A stretch of DNA of 64,000 bases from Clostridia bacterium. Its GTDB lineage: Bacteria; Bacillota; Clostridia; Oscillospirales; CAG-272. Positions 47,851-57,903 of the stretch are shown here, piece by piece. The notes beneath the pieces are model-generated. The model was given only the letters and a program-made list of their open reading frames with translations. It was not told the DNA's origin and made no database searches. Position 1 is the first letter of the stretch; each line of letters opens with the position of its first letter. Where the stretch lies: contig JAGAJV010000038.1 in the NCBI GenBank assembly GCA_017625915.1, positions 5,471-69,470 of the forward strand. Direction: 5' to 3'. A program made the position numbers and the translations under genes.

Positions 47851-48741
47851 ATGAAATATATAATATCTGAAAAGCAGGCAGGACAAGAAATAAAGACTTT
47901 TCTTAAAGGCATCAAAATGTCTGCCTCATTAATAAAACAGCTTAAAAAAGCACCTGACGGAATTTTAGTCAATGGCACACATCAAAATGTTTTGTATATT
48001 CTAATGGAAAATGATATATTAGAGCTTAATTATGCAGATACTAAAGAGGATGAAAACGAATTTTTAGAGCCTGTCAATATTCCAATAGAAATAATATTTG
48101 AAGATGATAATATAACGGTGGTTAATAAACCATATAATATGCCAACTCATGAGTCAATTAATAATCGTGGAAATTCCCTTGCAAATGCTTTGGCATACAA
48201 ATATAAAAATAAACCATATGTATTTAGAGCAACAAATCGTTTGGATAAGGATACAAGTGGGGTTGTGATTACCGCCAATAATAAATTTTATTCTGCCATT
48301 TTATCAAATAAAATAAGAGATGGATTAATTCAAAAATCATATATTGCAGTTGTTGAGGGCAAGCTTGAAGGAAATGGCAAAATTGAAGCGCCAATTGATA
48401 GAGTAGGAGAAAGCATAATAAAAAGAGAAGTAAGAGAAGACGGAGAATATGCTTTAACGGAATATTCCTCACTTATTTCAAACGAAAATTACAGCGTTAT
48501 TTTAATAACTCCGAAAACAGGACGCACTCATCAAATAAGAGTACATATGGCATACATTGGACATTCATTAGCAGGTGATACACTTTATGGTGGACATACA
48601 AGTGATATATCAAGACAAGCATTACACTGCTTAAAAATGGATATTGACGGTATAGGAGGTTTTTATGCTCCTTTGGCAAACGACATGAAAGAATTAATAA
48701 GGAGAGTATTTGGCAATGAGAAATTTATACCGAAAATCTAG
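47851..48741 (+). CDS. RluA-family pseudouridine synthase with N-terminal S4-like domain
   Basis: RLDKDTSGVV and TGRTHQIRVH motifs. No SD upstream of ATG 47851. Confidence 0.85.
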   Translation: MKYIISEKQAGQEIKTFLKGIKMSASLIKQLKKAPDGILVNGTHQNVLYILMENDILELNYADTKEDENEFLEPVNIPIEIIFEDDNITVVNKPYNMPTHESINNRGNSLANALAYKYKNKPYVFRATNRLDKDTSGVVITANNKFYSAILSNKIRDGLIQKSYIAVVEGKLEGNGKIEAPIDRVGESIIKREVREDGEYALTEYSSLISNENYSVILITPKTGRTHQIRVHMAYIGHSLAGDTLYGGHTSDISRQALHCLKMDIDGIGGFYAPLANDMKELIRRVFGNEKFIPKI

Positions 48742-49828
48742 AGAATATATTCCTTTATTTTCGTTTATTATTTTTGTAATATCAATAATTAGCCTAATTT
48801 TATATATAATTGTGTTAAATTCCGTAGAGTTTGCTGATTTTTTTAACTATTATTTAACTACTCCAATAAGATTAGCTTTAGCAGGAATATCAAGTATTGT
48901 TCCATTTTCTATATCAGAAACTTTACTATTTGCTTCTCCCATTTGGGTAACCTTGTTGTTTGCTAGAGGAATTAAAAATGCAAAAATAAGCAATAAGGCC
49001 ACCATCCGATTTTTAATGAAGGTTTTAAGCATTTTGTTATTTGTTTTTATTACATTTGTTTGGACATATTCGAGTGGATTTCACAATTCAACTATAGATA
49101 AAAAATTAGGACTTGAAACAGAGAAGCTAAGTAAAGATGATTTGTATAATGCTTCTATTGTCATAACAAAAAATCTAAATGATCTATCAAATGAAATTTT
49201 ATATGATAATACAGGCGCATCGGTAATGCCGTATAATTATTATCAATTAAGTGATAAAATTTATGATGCTTATGAACTATACGAAGAAGAATATGGTGCT
49301 ATTATAAATTTTAGGTCAATTATAAAGCCTATAATATTAAGTGAGCCAATGACATATACTCATATATCTGGAATTTACACCTTTTTCACAGGTGAAAGTA
49401 ATGTAAATGTCAATTATCCTGATTTTATAGTTGCAAGCTCGTCAGCTCACGAAATGGCGCATCAAAGAGGCGTTGCAAGAGAAAATGAGGCTAATTTTAC
49501 ATCCTTTGTTGTGCTATCTAGCTCAGAGGATGGCTTTTTAAGATATAGCGCATATTTAAACATATATAGTGATATTACAAGCGCACTATACTCTGCCGAC
49601 AAGGAACTGTATTATGAGGTGTATTCGCTTCTTGATAATAAGGTAAAGGATGATTTAAAAAGCTATTCAAGCTTTTTTGATAAATATAGAGATTCTATAG
49701 CATCAGATGTAACAGAAAATATAAACGACTCATATTTACAGGCAAACGGACAAAAGGACGGGGTAAAAAGCTACGGAATGATAGTTGATTTGACCTGCGC
49801 ATATTTAAAAATCAAAGAAATGAACTAA
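48716..49828 (+). CDS. DUF3810-like membrane protein with HExxH motif
   Basis: N-terminal TM segments; SSAHEMAHQRG. ATG 48716 after GGAGAG; the track starts at TTG 48710. Confidence 0.7.
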   Translation: MRNLYRKSREYIPLFSFIIFVISIISLILYIIVLNSVEFADFFNYYLTTPIRLALAGISSIVPFSISETLLFASPIWVTLLFARGIKNAKISNKATIRFLMKVLSILLFVFITFVWTYSSGFHNSTIDKKLGLETEKLSKDDLYNASIVITKNLNDLSNEILYDNTGASVMPYNYYQLSDKIYDAYELYEEEYGAIINFRSIIKPIILSEPMTYTHISGIYTFFTGESNVNVNYPDFIVASSSAHEMAHQRGVARENEANFTSFVVLSSSEDGFLRYSAYLNIYSDITSALYSADKELYYEVYSLLDNKVKDDLKSYSSFFDKYRDSIASDVTENINDSYLQANGQKDGVKSYGMIVDLTCAYLKIKEMN

Positions 49829-49881
49829 AATATCCATAACCGAATAAAATAGTATTAAATGCTATTTTATTTGAGGTCGTT

Positions 49882-51138
49882 ATGGATAAAATCATAATAG
49901 AGGGTAAGGAAAGATTATTTGGCGAGATTTCAATAGGCGGAATGAAAAATTCTGCATTACCAATACTTTTTTCTTGCTTACTAATTGAGGGCGAATGTAT
50001 TATAGAGAATGTACCGAGAGTAAGCGACATATTTAACACGCTTGAAATACTAAAGGGTTTAGGTGCATATGCAGAGTTTGTTGATAAAAATACAGTAGTA
50101 ATTAATTCTAAAACTGCTACTAACATAATTAAAAATCAAAATTTAGTATCTAAAATGAGAGCGTCAAGCTATCTTATGGGTACACTTTTAGCTCGCTTTG
50201 GCTATGTTAGCTTAAATATGCCAGGAGGCTGTAATTTCGGCGTAAGACCTATTGAACAGCATTTAAAGGGATTTAATACTTTAGGTGCTATATGCTCTGA
50301 AAATAACGGAAAAATTGAAATAAAGACACGAAAAAGGCTAAAAAGCCAGAAAATAACTCTTGACAAAATTTCTGTAGGTGCTACAATAAATATGGTGCTT
50401 GCCTCAGTGTTGATAAGTGGCACGACAATTATTGAAAGTTGTGCAATTGAGCCACATATTGACGATTTAATTTGCTTTTTAAATAAATGTGGCGCGAAAA
50501 TTATTCGCAAGGGAAGAACTGTTTATATTCAAGGGGTTAAACGGCTAAATGGATGCAAATATAAGATTTCTCCCGATATGATAGAAGCATTAACCTATAT
50601 TTGCTTTGCTGGTATTTGTGGTGGTGATGTATTATTAAACAATATTGAAGCATCACATCTTAAATACTGCATAGAAATATTTAAAAATATGGGAATTAAA
50701 ATTGATACATATGAAAAAAGTCTAAGGGCAAATTGCGAAAGCGATATAGTCGGTCAAAATGTAGTAACTGCACCATACCCACTTTTTCCTACTGATTTGC
50801 ATCCACAATTTTCAGCATTATTGTGTTATACTATTAATGGTGGTAGTGTGCGAGACGATGTTTTTCCTACTCGCTTTGCTTATGTAAATGAACTAAGCAA
50901 AATGGGAGCAAAAATAAAATTAATAGAGAACACTGCTATTATAAACAAATCACATTTAATAGGTGCAAAGCTTGATGCTACGGACCTTCGTGCAGGCGCT
51001 GCCTTAGTTGCTGCAGCATTAGGGGCTGAAGGAATTAGTGAAATTAATAATGTAAACTACATCGTAAGAGGTTATGAAAACTTAGTAGATAAAATATCCT
51101 CCCTCGGTGGAAAAATAAAACTTTTAAAAGGAGAATAA
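49882..51138 (+). CDS. murA: UDP-N-acetylglucosamine 1-carboxyvinyltransferase
   Basis: GGMKNSALP N-terminus, PGGCNFGVRPIEQH (active-site Cys present), 418 aa. Confidence 0.93.
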   Translation: MDKIIIEGKERLFGEISIGGMKNSALPILFSCLLIEGECIIENVPRVSDIFNTLEILKGLGAYAEFVDKNTVVINSKTATNIIKNQNLVSKMRASSYLMGTLLARFGYVSLNMPGGCNFGVRPIEQHLKGFNTLGAICSENNGKIEIKTRKRLKSQKITLDKISVGATINMVLASVLISGTTIIESCAIEPHIDDLICFLNKCGAKIIRKGRTVYIQGVKRLNGCKYKISPDMIEALTYICFAGICGGDVLLNNIEASHLKYCIEIFKNMGIKIDTYEKSLRANCESDIVGQNVVTAPYPLFPTDLHPQFSALLCYTINGGSVRDDVFPTRFAYVNELSKMGAKIKLIENTAIINKSHLIGAKLDATDLRAGAALVAAALGAEGISEINNVNYIVRGYENLVDKISSLGGKIKLLKGE

Positions 51139-51142
51139 TAAA

Positions 51143-51340
51143 ATGGAAGTAACAAAGAAGACAATAATTGGTGATGTACTTGATTACAACCCAGAAACAG
51201 CACAGTTTTTCTTTGAAATTGGCATGCACTGCTTAGGATGCCCACACTCAAGAGGTGAAGCAATTGAGGATGCTTGCCGTGCGCACGGAACAGATGCCGA
51301 TGCTTTAATTGCAAAAATCAATGCATTCTTAAACAAATAA
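51143..51340 (+). CDS. DUF1858 domain protein
   Basis: IGDVLDYNPETAQFFFEIGMHCLGCP...; 65 aa. Confidence 0.75.
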   Translation: MEVTKKTIIGDVLDYNPETAQFFFEIGMHCLGCPHSRGEAIEDACRAHGTDADALIAKINAFLNK

Positions 51341-51341
51341 T

Positions 51342-52019
51342 ATGCTGAAAATCAGTAAAAGACTCTGCACCGCCGCATCTTATGTGCGTAACGGTGCAGT
51401 AGTTGCAGATATAGGAACAGACCATGCATATTTGCCTATTTACCTTGCTTTAGAAAATAGAATTACAAGAGGGGTAGCATCTGATATTAATGAAGGCCCT
51501 ATCTCAAAAGCAAGAGAGAATATACATAAATATGGTTTAGAAAACATTATTGATACCTGTGTATCAAATGGACTTGACGGCATCGAAAAATACGAGCCAA
51601 CAGATATTGTGATTTGTGGTATGGGTGGCGAGCTTATTGCACAAATAATCGAGAATTCTTCTTATGTGAAAAAACAGGGAGTAAGACTGATTTTACAGCC
51701 GATGACCACAATAAGAGAACTAAGAGAATACTTGCAAAGTGGATTTTCTACAATTGACGAAAATATTGTACATGAGGACAATAAGCTTTATCAGATAATT
51801 TATGTTGAATATGACGGCATAAGTAGAGAATATAGTGATGCAGAGCTTGAATTGGGTATTAAAAATATCGAAAATGGTGGAGAACTATTTGAAAAGCTAC
51901 TTTGCTCTTTGATTTCAAAAAAGCAAAAAAAACTCGATGGAATGAAGTTGGGTGGATATGATACCACCGAAATTGAAAAAGAAATTAACGAGTTTAAAAT
52001 GCTCAAAAGAGGTGAATAA
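51342..52019 (+). CDS. trmK: tRNA (adenine22-N1)-methyltransferase
   Basis: LSKRLCTAASYV...VADIGTDHAYLPIYL; followed by a NIF3 gene as in other Firmicutes. Confidence 0.85.
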   Translation: MLKISKRLCTAASYVRNGAVVADIGTDHAYLPIYLALENRITRGVASDINEGPISKARENIHKYGLENIIDTCVSNGLDGIEKYEPTDIVICGMGGELIAQIIENSSYVKKQGVRLILQPMTTIRELREYLQSGFSTIDENIVHEDNKLYQIIYVEYDGISREYSDAELELGIKNIENGGELFEKLLCSLISKKQKKLDGMKLGGYDTTEIEKEINEFKMLKRGE

Positions 52020-52020
52020 A

Positions 52021-52782
52021 ATGAAATTTATTGAGCTATATAATAAGCTATCGAACACCTTTTACCCAATCCAATTCAGATGTGATTGGGATAATGATGG
52101 AATAATGTGTGCTAGCAATTTAGACGGAGAGGTAAAAAGTGTACTTATAGCGCTTGATGTAACTATGGATACTATCAATTATGCAATAGAAAACGGCTTT
52201 GATACGATAATTTCGCACCATCCATTAGTATTTCGCTCTCAAAAATCCTTAATGCCATTAAATTATACCCAAGAAAAGCTTATTAAGCTTATTAAAAACG
52301 ATGTGCGTGTAATGTCATTTCATACTCGATTGGATGCTGTGGAATTAGGCGTAAATGACGAACTAATCAATGTTCTAAATTTAGGCTTGGTAAGAATTGA
52401 TGAGAGTAATGGAATTGGTAGATTAGCAGAATGTGGACAGGATATGGAGCTTGCCGAGTTTGCTAAAATGGTAAAAAAATCCTTAAATGCACCATTTGTT
52501 CTTTATAACGGCAAAAGACCTGTAAAACTAGTTTATGTTGTCGGAGGAGACGGTAAAGATATGATAGAGGACGCGATAAATATGCGCGCTGATACCATAC
52601 TTACAGGACGAGCAAGCTACAATACTATTATTGATGCAAATGATATGAATTTAAATATCGTTGAAGCAGGACATTTCTTTACAGAAAATCCTGTTTGTAG
52701 AGTTATTGAAAAGGATGTTTTAAGCATTTGCCCTAATATTAAAACTGAAATTTTTAATTCAAACAGCATAAAATTTGTTTAA
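52021..52782 (+). CDS. NIF3-family dinuclear metal centre protein
   Basis: ISHHPLVF motif. ATG 52021 (Met24 of the track ORF) immediately follows the trmK stop. Confidence 0.82.
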   Translation: MKFIELYNKLSNTFYPIQFRCDWDNDGIMCASNLDGEVKSVLIALDVTMDTINYAIENGFDTIISHHPLVFRSQKSLMPLNYTQEKLIKLIKNDVRVMSFHTRLDAVELGVNDELINVLNLGLVRIDESNGIGRLAECGQDMELAEFAKMVKKSLNAPFVLYNGKRPVKLVYVVGGDGKDMIEDAINMRADTILTGRASYNTIIDANDMNLNIVEAGHFFTENPVCRVIEKDVLSICPNIKTEIFNSNSIKFV

Positions 52783-52906
52783 TTTTTTTTAAAATCCTAT
52801 TACACTTTTTTGAAAAAATATGTTAAAATTAAATAACAATGTGTAGTTTTCAATGTGGGATTGCCAGTTGTAACTACACTTTAATTTTTATAAAGAGATG
52901 TTATGC

Positions 52907-53419
52907 ATGTTTGAAAAGGATACAATAGTGATATATGGCGTAGAGGGAATATGTAAAATTACTGATATTGCAAATATGACATTTGGTGGATTTAATGGAA
53001 GTAAAGACTACTATATTCTTGTACCAGTATCTAATCCAACTCATAAGGTATATGTACCTACGGACAGCGAATATTTAGCTGCTAAAATGCAAAAACTTTT
53101 ATCTTATGACGAAATTATTTCGTTAATTTCCTGCGAAAAAACAGACATTGAATGGATAAATGACAATAAGCAAAGAAACAGGTACTTTAAGGAAATTTTA
53201 AATTCATACGATAGAATTAATATTTTTATGCTTGCAAAGCTTTTATATAACATCAAGCAAGGTAAAAACGAAAATGTTAAAAAGCTTTATGCTTCCGACG
53301 AGGAAATTTTGAAAAAGCTAACAAAAATTTTATATTCTGAGCTTTCATGTGTTATTTCATTAGAAGAAAACGATGTGTTACCATTTATTAATGGCGAAAT
53401 TGAATGTTCAAAAAAATAA
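52907..53419 (+). CDS. CarD/CdnL-family RNA polymerase-binding protein-like
   Basis: N-terminal Tudor-like segment (FEKDTIVIYGVEGICKITDI...KDYYILVPV...KVYVP), ~170 aa. The start could be 52898 or 52907. Confidence 0.65.
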   Translation: MFEKDTIVIYGVEGICKITDIANMTFGGFNGSKDYYILVPVSNPTHKVYVPTDSEYLAAKMQKLLSYDEIISLISCEKTDIEWINDNKQRNRYFKEILNSYDRINIFMLAKLLYNIKQGKNENVKKLYASDEEILKKLTKILYSELSCVISLEENDVLPFINGEIECSKK

Positions 53420-53423
53420 TAGA

Positions 53424-53448
53424 AAAGAGCGAGATTCGCTCTTTTTTC
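53424..53448 (+). terminator. Intrinsic terminator
   Basis: AGAGCGA-gat-TCGCTCT followed by TTTTT. Confidence 0.7.
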
Positions 53449-53507
53449 TTGTTACATGATAAATTTTGTGATAAAATATAAAAAATCCCAACCTTTTTCA
53501 ATTTTAT

Positions 53508-53954
53508 GTGTCTATATGGGTGAATGCATTCAAGAAGAAAATTACAATGCTTAGACAACATTTGGAGGGTGAGAAACTCTCTAAGGATGAATATGCTCAA
53601 TTAGCAGAAAAGGGCTTTATTAAAATGTCAAATGGTAGAGCTAAGCTTCAAATAATTTATATTAAGGATTCAAAATTTAATAAAATACTTTTAGAAAAGG
53701 GAAAGGAAATAAAGAATAAGCATTTTATAACGATAAAAGAATTAAAGGATAATTATATAAATTTATACTTAAAGGAAACGCCAAAGCATTTAAGAAAAAT
53801 GCGTGAATATGAGTTGCAGCATATATTCTATTCTGATGGTTGGTTTTTGATATATTGTATCAAAGAGCTTCTTTCAAATGGTAAGCTAAAATTGCCTACA
53901 GAAAACGAAAAGAAATCTGTAACCACTCTTATTGCGCCTTTAACGACTAAATAA
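53508..53954 (+). CDS. Hypothetical protein (148 aa) without a recognisable SD
   Basis: The frame opens at 53475. Only GTG 53508 or ATG 53547 are usable starts. No family recognised. Confidence 0.4.
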   Translation: MSIWVNAFKKKITMLRQHLEGEKLSKDEYAQLAEKGFIKMSNGRAKLQIIYIKDSKFNKILLEKGKEIKNKHFITIKELKDNYINLYLKETPKHLRKMREYELQHIFYSDGWFLIYCIKELLSNGKLKLPTENEKKSVTTLIAPLTTK

Positions 53955-53961
53955 TAAAATG

Positions 53962-53986
53962 GCATCACCTGTAAATTAGGTGATGC
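53962..53986. terminator. Bidirectional hairpin between convergent genes
   Basis: GCATCACCT-gtaaatt-AGGTGATGC; it touches the FkbM-family gene's stop codon. Confidence 0.65.
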
Positions 53987-55077
53987 TATTTAATTGCATA
54001 TAAATTTAAGTCCCAAGCAGGGATATAGGGAAGTCGTCTTAAATAAAGCTTGTATGTATGATTTAACTCATTAACTAAAATTGGTAGCTTGTACATATCC
54101 TCGCTTTTATGGTACATAGACACAAGTAAGTCGGGCTGACATATACTGATAATTTGCTTACTACCAAGCAAAGCATCATATTCTAGCCCTTCAACATCAT
54201 ATTTTATAAAATCAACATTAGCTGTAACACTGTCGAGTGCTTTTCCTTGAATTTCTACAGTTTTATGTTGGAATGAACCACTTGAAGCGCCTGAAGAATT
54301 TCTGTTGCCTGATGAAGAGAATACGATCGTCTTATCACACTCACAAACGGCATTGTTATAAAGGAATATATTTTTATCAGTTAACTCCTCGCAACACTTA
54401 GAAAGCTTTTTAAAATTGCGTGTATCGGGCTCAAATGCGTATATGGTATCAATGTGTGGACAAAGCTTAGTATATTTTTTTATGGTGTCACCATTGTATG
54501 CACCTAAATCTGCATATGATTTATAATCATTTAATTTTAGTGTATTGTCAACATCATTTTCGTCAAAGGATGTTTCTCTTAGATAACAAGGCTTACCAGT
54601 AAGCTTAAATCTTATAATGTTATCAAAAACCTGTACTGAAATTTCGTCACTTAGCAGAGAACGAGCTTTATATAACTCGCTTTCGTGTAGATCAAAAAAT
54701 TCCTCATTAAACAAAGAACCGTCACAAACAGGAACATCTGGACAATATAACTTATGCTTTTCTTCAAGGGAATAAATTCTTTCAATTACATCAGGCAGCT
54801 TTGAACCAAAGGAAACTACAATTACAAAATTGTTTCCGTATTTTTCGCAAGCCTGTGTATATGAAAGAACAGTTTTTCCCCGATATGAATGTCCTCTTAC
54901 AAAACCGTCACTTGCAAAAACATCTTGATATTCAATTCCGTATTGATTAAATACATTTATAATTTTATCTGCGCCATTTCCCATTCCATAAATTAAAATA
55001 GGTAAGGTCTCATTTTTTAGTAATGTCCAAATATCACTCGAAAAGTCGTTAAAAATTATATTTTTATAATTACACAT
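53986..55077 (-). CDS. FkbM-family methyltransferase
   Basis: DLGAYNGDT and IYAFEPD motifs with an N-terminal Rossmann-like extension; 363 aa. Confidence 0.75.
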   Translation of the reverse strand: MCNYKNIIFNDFSSDIWTLLKNETLPILIYGMGNGADKIINVFNQYGIEYQDVFASDGFVRGHSYRGKTVLSYTQACEKYGNNFVIVVSFGSKLPDVIERIYSLEEKHKLYCPDVPVCDGSLFNEEFFDLHESELYKARSLLSDEISVQVFDNIIRFKLTGKPCYLRETSFDENDVDNTLKLNDYKSYADLGAYNGDTIKKYTKLCPHIDTIYAFEPDTRNFKKLSKCCEELTDKNIFLYNNAVCECDKTIVFSSSGNRNSSGASSGSFQHKTVEIQGKALDSVTANVDFIKYDVEGLEYDALLGSKQIISICQPDLLVSMYHKSEDMYKLPILVNELNHTYKLYLRRLPYIPAWDLNLYAIK

Positions 55078-55157
55078 ATCATTCCTTGATTTTTTATTAA
55101 ATATTTGATATAATCATATTATACAATAAATAATTTTATAGGTCAAGGAGAAAAATA

Positions 55158-55496
55158 ATGGACTGTATTTTTTGTAAAATAGCAAATGGAGAAATTCCAT
55201 CAAATAAGGTATATGAGGACGATAAAATTTTAGCATTTTATGATTTAAACCCACAAGCGAAGGTGCATGTGCTTGTAATTCCTAAGAATCATATTTCTTG
55301 TGCTGACGAAATAAACGAAGCAAACTGTAATGATATAGCACACATTTTTGTTAAAATACCTGGAATTGCAAGGCTTGCAGGCATCAAGAACGGCTATAGA
55401 GTAATTACAAACTGTGGAGAGGACGGATGTCAAAGCGTTAAGCATTTACACTACCATGTTTTAGGTGGTGAAAAGCTATCGGAGAAAATGGCATGA
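55158..55496 (+). CDS. HIT-family (histidine triad) protein
   Basis: CIFCKI N-terminus and HLHYHVLGG histidine triad. Confidence 0.9.
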   Translation: MDCIFCKIANGEIPSNKVYEDDKILAFYDLNPQAKVHVLVIPKNHISCADEINEANCNDIAHIFVKIPGIARLAGIKNGYRVITNCGEDGCQSVKHLHYHVLGGEKLSEKMA

Positions 55497-55972
55497 TAGA
55501 CTTAACCTTCAAAACAGAAGAGGGAAGATTTAATTATCGTGTTTGTGCAATTATAATACACGAAAACAAACTGTTAGTAATGAAGGATAGTCACGCAGAT
55601 TATTGTTTTATACCAGGAGGTAGGGTTCAATTTAATGAAACTGCTGAAAAAGCAATTTTGCGTGAATTAAAGGAGGAGCTTAACATAGATGCCTCTATTG
55701 TAAGACCTTTGTATTTTAGTCAAAACTTCTTTAATGAGGATGTTATAAAAACAGACTTTCATGAAATAGGTATTTATTTTTTGATTGATATTTCAAATAC
55801 CGACATTCTATCAAGAGGAGAAAGGTTTTATGGATGTGAAAGCGAAAAGCATCAATGCTTTGAATGGCTGGACTTTGATGAGGTAAAAAATGCATATTTA
55901 TATCCTGAATTCATAAAAGAAAAAATAGATAAATTACCAGAAACATTTGAAATTATAAACGAATTTAAGTAA
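55493..55972 (+). CDS. NUDIX hydrolase
   Basis: Nudix box GGRVQFNETAEKAILRELKEELNI. ATGA overlap with the HIT gene. Confidence 0.85.
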   Translation: MIDLTFKTEEGRFNYRVCAIIIHENKLLVMKDSHADYCFIPGGRVQFNETAEKAILRELKEELNIDASIVRPLYFSQNFFNEDVIKTDFHEIGIYFLIDISNTDILSRGERFYGCESEKHQCFEWLDFDEVKNAYLYPEFIKEKIDKLPETFEIINEFK

Positions 55973-55976
55973 AATT

Positions 55977-56004
55977 TTCCCAACAGTTGATTAGCTGTTG
56001 GGAA
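55977..56004. terminator. Bidirectional terminator (NUDIX gene / sigG)
   Basis: TTCCCAACAG...CTGTTGGGAA 10-bp stem flanked by AAAA and TTTT. Confidence 0.8.
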
Positions 56005-56006
56005 TT

Positions 56007-56780
56007 TTATATTTGCTTTTTCAACCTTTCAAGTGCGCATTTTTCAAGACGGGACACTTGTGCTTGTGATATGCCAATTTCTGAGGCGATTTCGCTTTGC
56101 GTCTTGCCTGCATAAAAACGCATGTCAATTATTTTCTTTTCTCGCTCGTTTAAGGTTTTCATAGCCTCTTTTAAAGCAATATCTTCAATCCATAATTCAT
56201 CATCCGAGCTTGTGTCTCGTATTTGGTCCATTATAAACAGAGAGTCCCCTGAATCGTTAAAAACTGGCTCGTAAAGCGATACAGGCTCACTTATTGCTTC
56301 AAGTGCAGAAACAACGGCCTCTTTCTTTTCGTTTAGTTTTTCTGCAATTTGCTCAACAGTGGGCTCTGAAAAGCTTTCTCTTGTAAGCTCCTCGCGTGTT
56401 TGTAAAGCTTTATAGGCCAAATCTCTTACCGACCTTGATACTCTTATTGAATTGTTATCGCGTAGATACCTTCTTACCTCTCCAATTATCATAGGTACCG
56501 CATAAGTGGAAAATTTCACCTCTAAATCAGTGTTAAAATTGTCAATTGCCTTTATTAGGCCAATACAACCAACCTGAAATAAATCATCCATATTTTCTTT
56601 TCTAGAGGAAAAACGTTGAATTATAGAGAGCACAAGCCTTAAATTGCCATCTATAAGTTTCTCACGTGATTTTAAATCCCCTTGTTTAGATTTTAATAGT
56701 AATTGCCTTTTTTCGTCTTCCTTTAATACCTTTAATTCGGCGGTATTAACTCCACATATTTCAACCTTATTATAATGCAT
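56007..56780 (-). CDS. sigG: Sporulation sigma factor SigG
   Basis: NKVEICGVNTAELKVLKEDE N-terminus, GNLRLVLSIIQRF, DDLFQVGCIGLIKAIDNF, KFSTYAVPMIIGEVRRYLRDNNSIRVSRS and ISQAQVSRLEK. It is closer to SigG than to SigF. Confidence 0.88.
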   Translation of the reverse strand: MHYNKVEICGVNTAELKVLKEDEKRQLLLKSKQGDLKSREKLIDGNLRLVLSIIQRFSSRKENMDDLFQVGCIGLIKAIDNFNTDLEVKFSTYAVPMIIGEVRRYLRDNNSIRVSRSVRDLAYKALQTREELTRESFSEPTVEQIAEKLNEKKEAVVSALEAISEPVSLYEPVFNDSGDSLFIMDQIRDTSSDDELWIEDIALKEAMKTLNEREKKIIDMRFYAGKTQSEIASEIGISQAQVSRLEKCALERLKKQI

Positions 56781-56859
56781 ATTTTGCTCCTAATCTTTAT
56801 CAAGATTATTGACAAAAAATATTAATTTTTATACAAATATAATATGGCAATTTATGCTA

Positions 56860-57903
56860 TTAAATCAATATTTCAGGCATTGCTGATAACATATTTTCAA
56901 TAAAAATTCCATAGCCTTCGGTAGGGTCGTTAATTAGTACGTGTGTGACTGCACCAACTAATTTTCCATTTTGAATTATAGGACTTCCGCTCATACCTTG
57001 TACAATGCCACCTGATCTTTCAAGAAGCCTTTTATCAGTAATTGTTACTTTAAAATTTTTTGTTGAGTTATTACTCAGATCAATATTGGAAATTTGCACA
57101 GAATATTTTTGTGGCTTTTCATCTCCAAGCGTACACCAAATATATGCATCTCCCTCTATTAATTCTTCCTTTAAGCATAGCTTCATTTTTTCTTCAGGAG
57201 ATTTTAGTACTGAGGAGAGAAGACCGAATACCCCACAAGAAGAATTTTCAGTGAGTGTACCTATTTTTTTAGTGTTAAATGTTCCTTTTAATTCTCCGGC
57301 TTGACCAATTTGGCCCTTTAAAACTCCATTTATCTTTACATCAAGTACTGTGCCATGTGATAATGGAATTACATTACCATTTATACTATCGCAAATGCCG
57401 TGTCCTAGCCCACCAAAGGCGTTATTTTCAGGATTAATAAATGTAACAGTTCCAATACCTGATGTAGAATCCTTTATCCAAATTCCGGTCTTATATTTAC
57501 CCTCATCCATAGAATATTTAGGAGTTACTTTAAAATTATATTCTTTATCATTTCTCAAAACTGTTACATTTACACCGTTTTTACCACATTTATCAATTTG
57601 TGTTGTAAAATCCTCAATTGTATTAATTTCTATATTGTTAGCCTTAATAATTATGTCGCCTAATCTTAATCCTGCGTTTTTGGCAGGTGAATTACTATCA
57701 ATAAATTTTACTATTTGCAGTCCCTTAGTTTGAATTTTTACACCGAATGGCATTCCACCGGGATATAATTCAATTTTTGTTAAATCTAAATCCTCTGTCT
57801 TATTTGAATTGTATAAATAATCCGTAGCATAGCTATTTATTGAAAATAAAACAACAATAATCAAAAAAGAGAGAAGACTTAGAATTTTATTTACTTTTCT
57901 CAT
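56860..57903 (-). CDS. spoIVB: SpoIVB peptidase (S55) with PDZ domain
   Basis: Signal/TM, PDZ (AGLRLGDIIIKANN), GIGTVTF and GMSGSPI catalytic motifs. I prefer Met8 (SD AAGGAAA) over track start 57924. Confidence 0.88.
   Translation of the reverse strand: MRKVNKILSLLSFLIIVVLFSINSYATDYLYNSNKTEDLDLTKIELYPGGMPFGVKIQTKGLQIVKFIDSNSPAKNAGLRLGDIIIKANNIEINTIEDFTTQIDKCGKNGVNVTVLRNDKEYNFKVTPKYSMDEGKYKTGIWIKDSTSGIGTVTFINPENNAFGGLGHGICDSINGNVIPLSHGTVLDVKINGVLKGQIGQAGELKGTFNTKKIGTLTENSSCGVFGLLSSVLKSPEEKMKLCLKEELIEGDAYIWCTLGDEKPQKYSVQISNIDLSNNSTKNFKVTITDKRLLERSGGIVQGMSGSPIIQNGKLVGAVTHVLINDPTEGYGIFIENMLSAMPEILI

Noticed and set aside
53962-56004. Recurrent strong hairpins at convergent gene ends, considered as possible REP or MITE-like mobile repeats
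   Set aside because: The stem sequences all differ from one another and each is flanked by A-runs and T-runs. They are ordinary bidirectional intrinsic terminators.
56805-56834. Candidate forespore (SigF/SigG) promoter GTATA-N18-CAATAAT upstream of sigG
   Set aside because: The match to the -10 consensus (CATnnTA) is poor and I cannot score it without a matrix, so I have not listed it as a feature.
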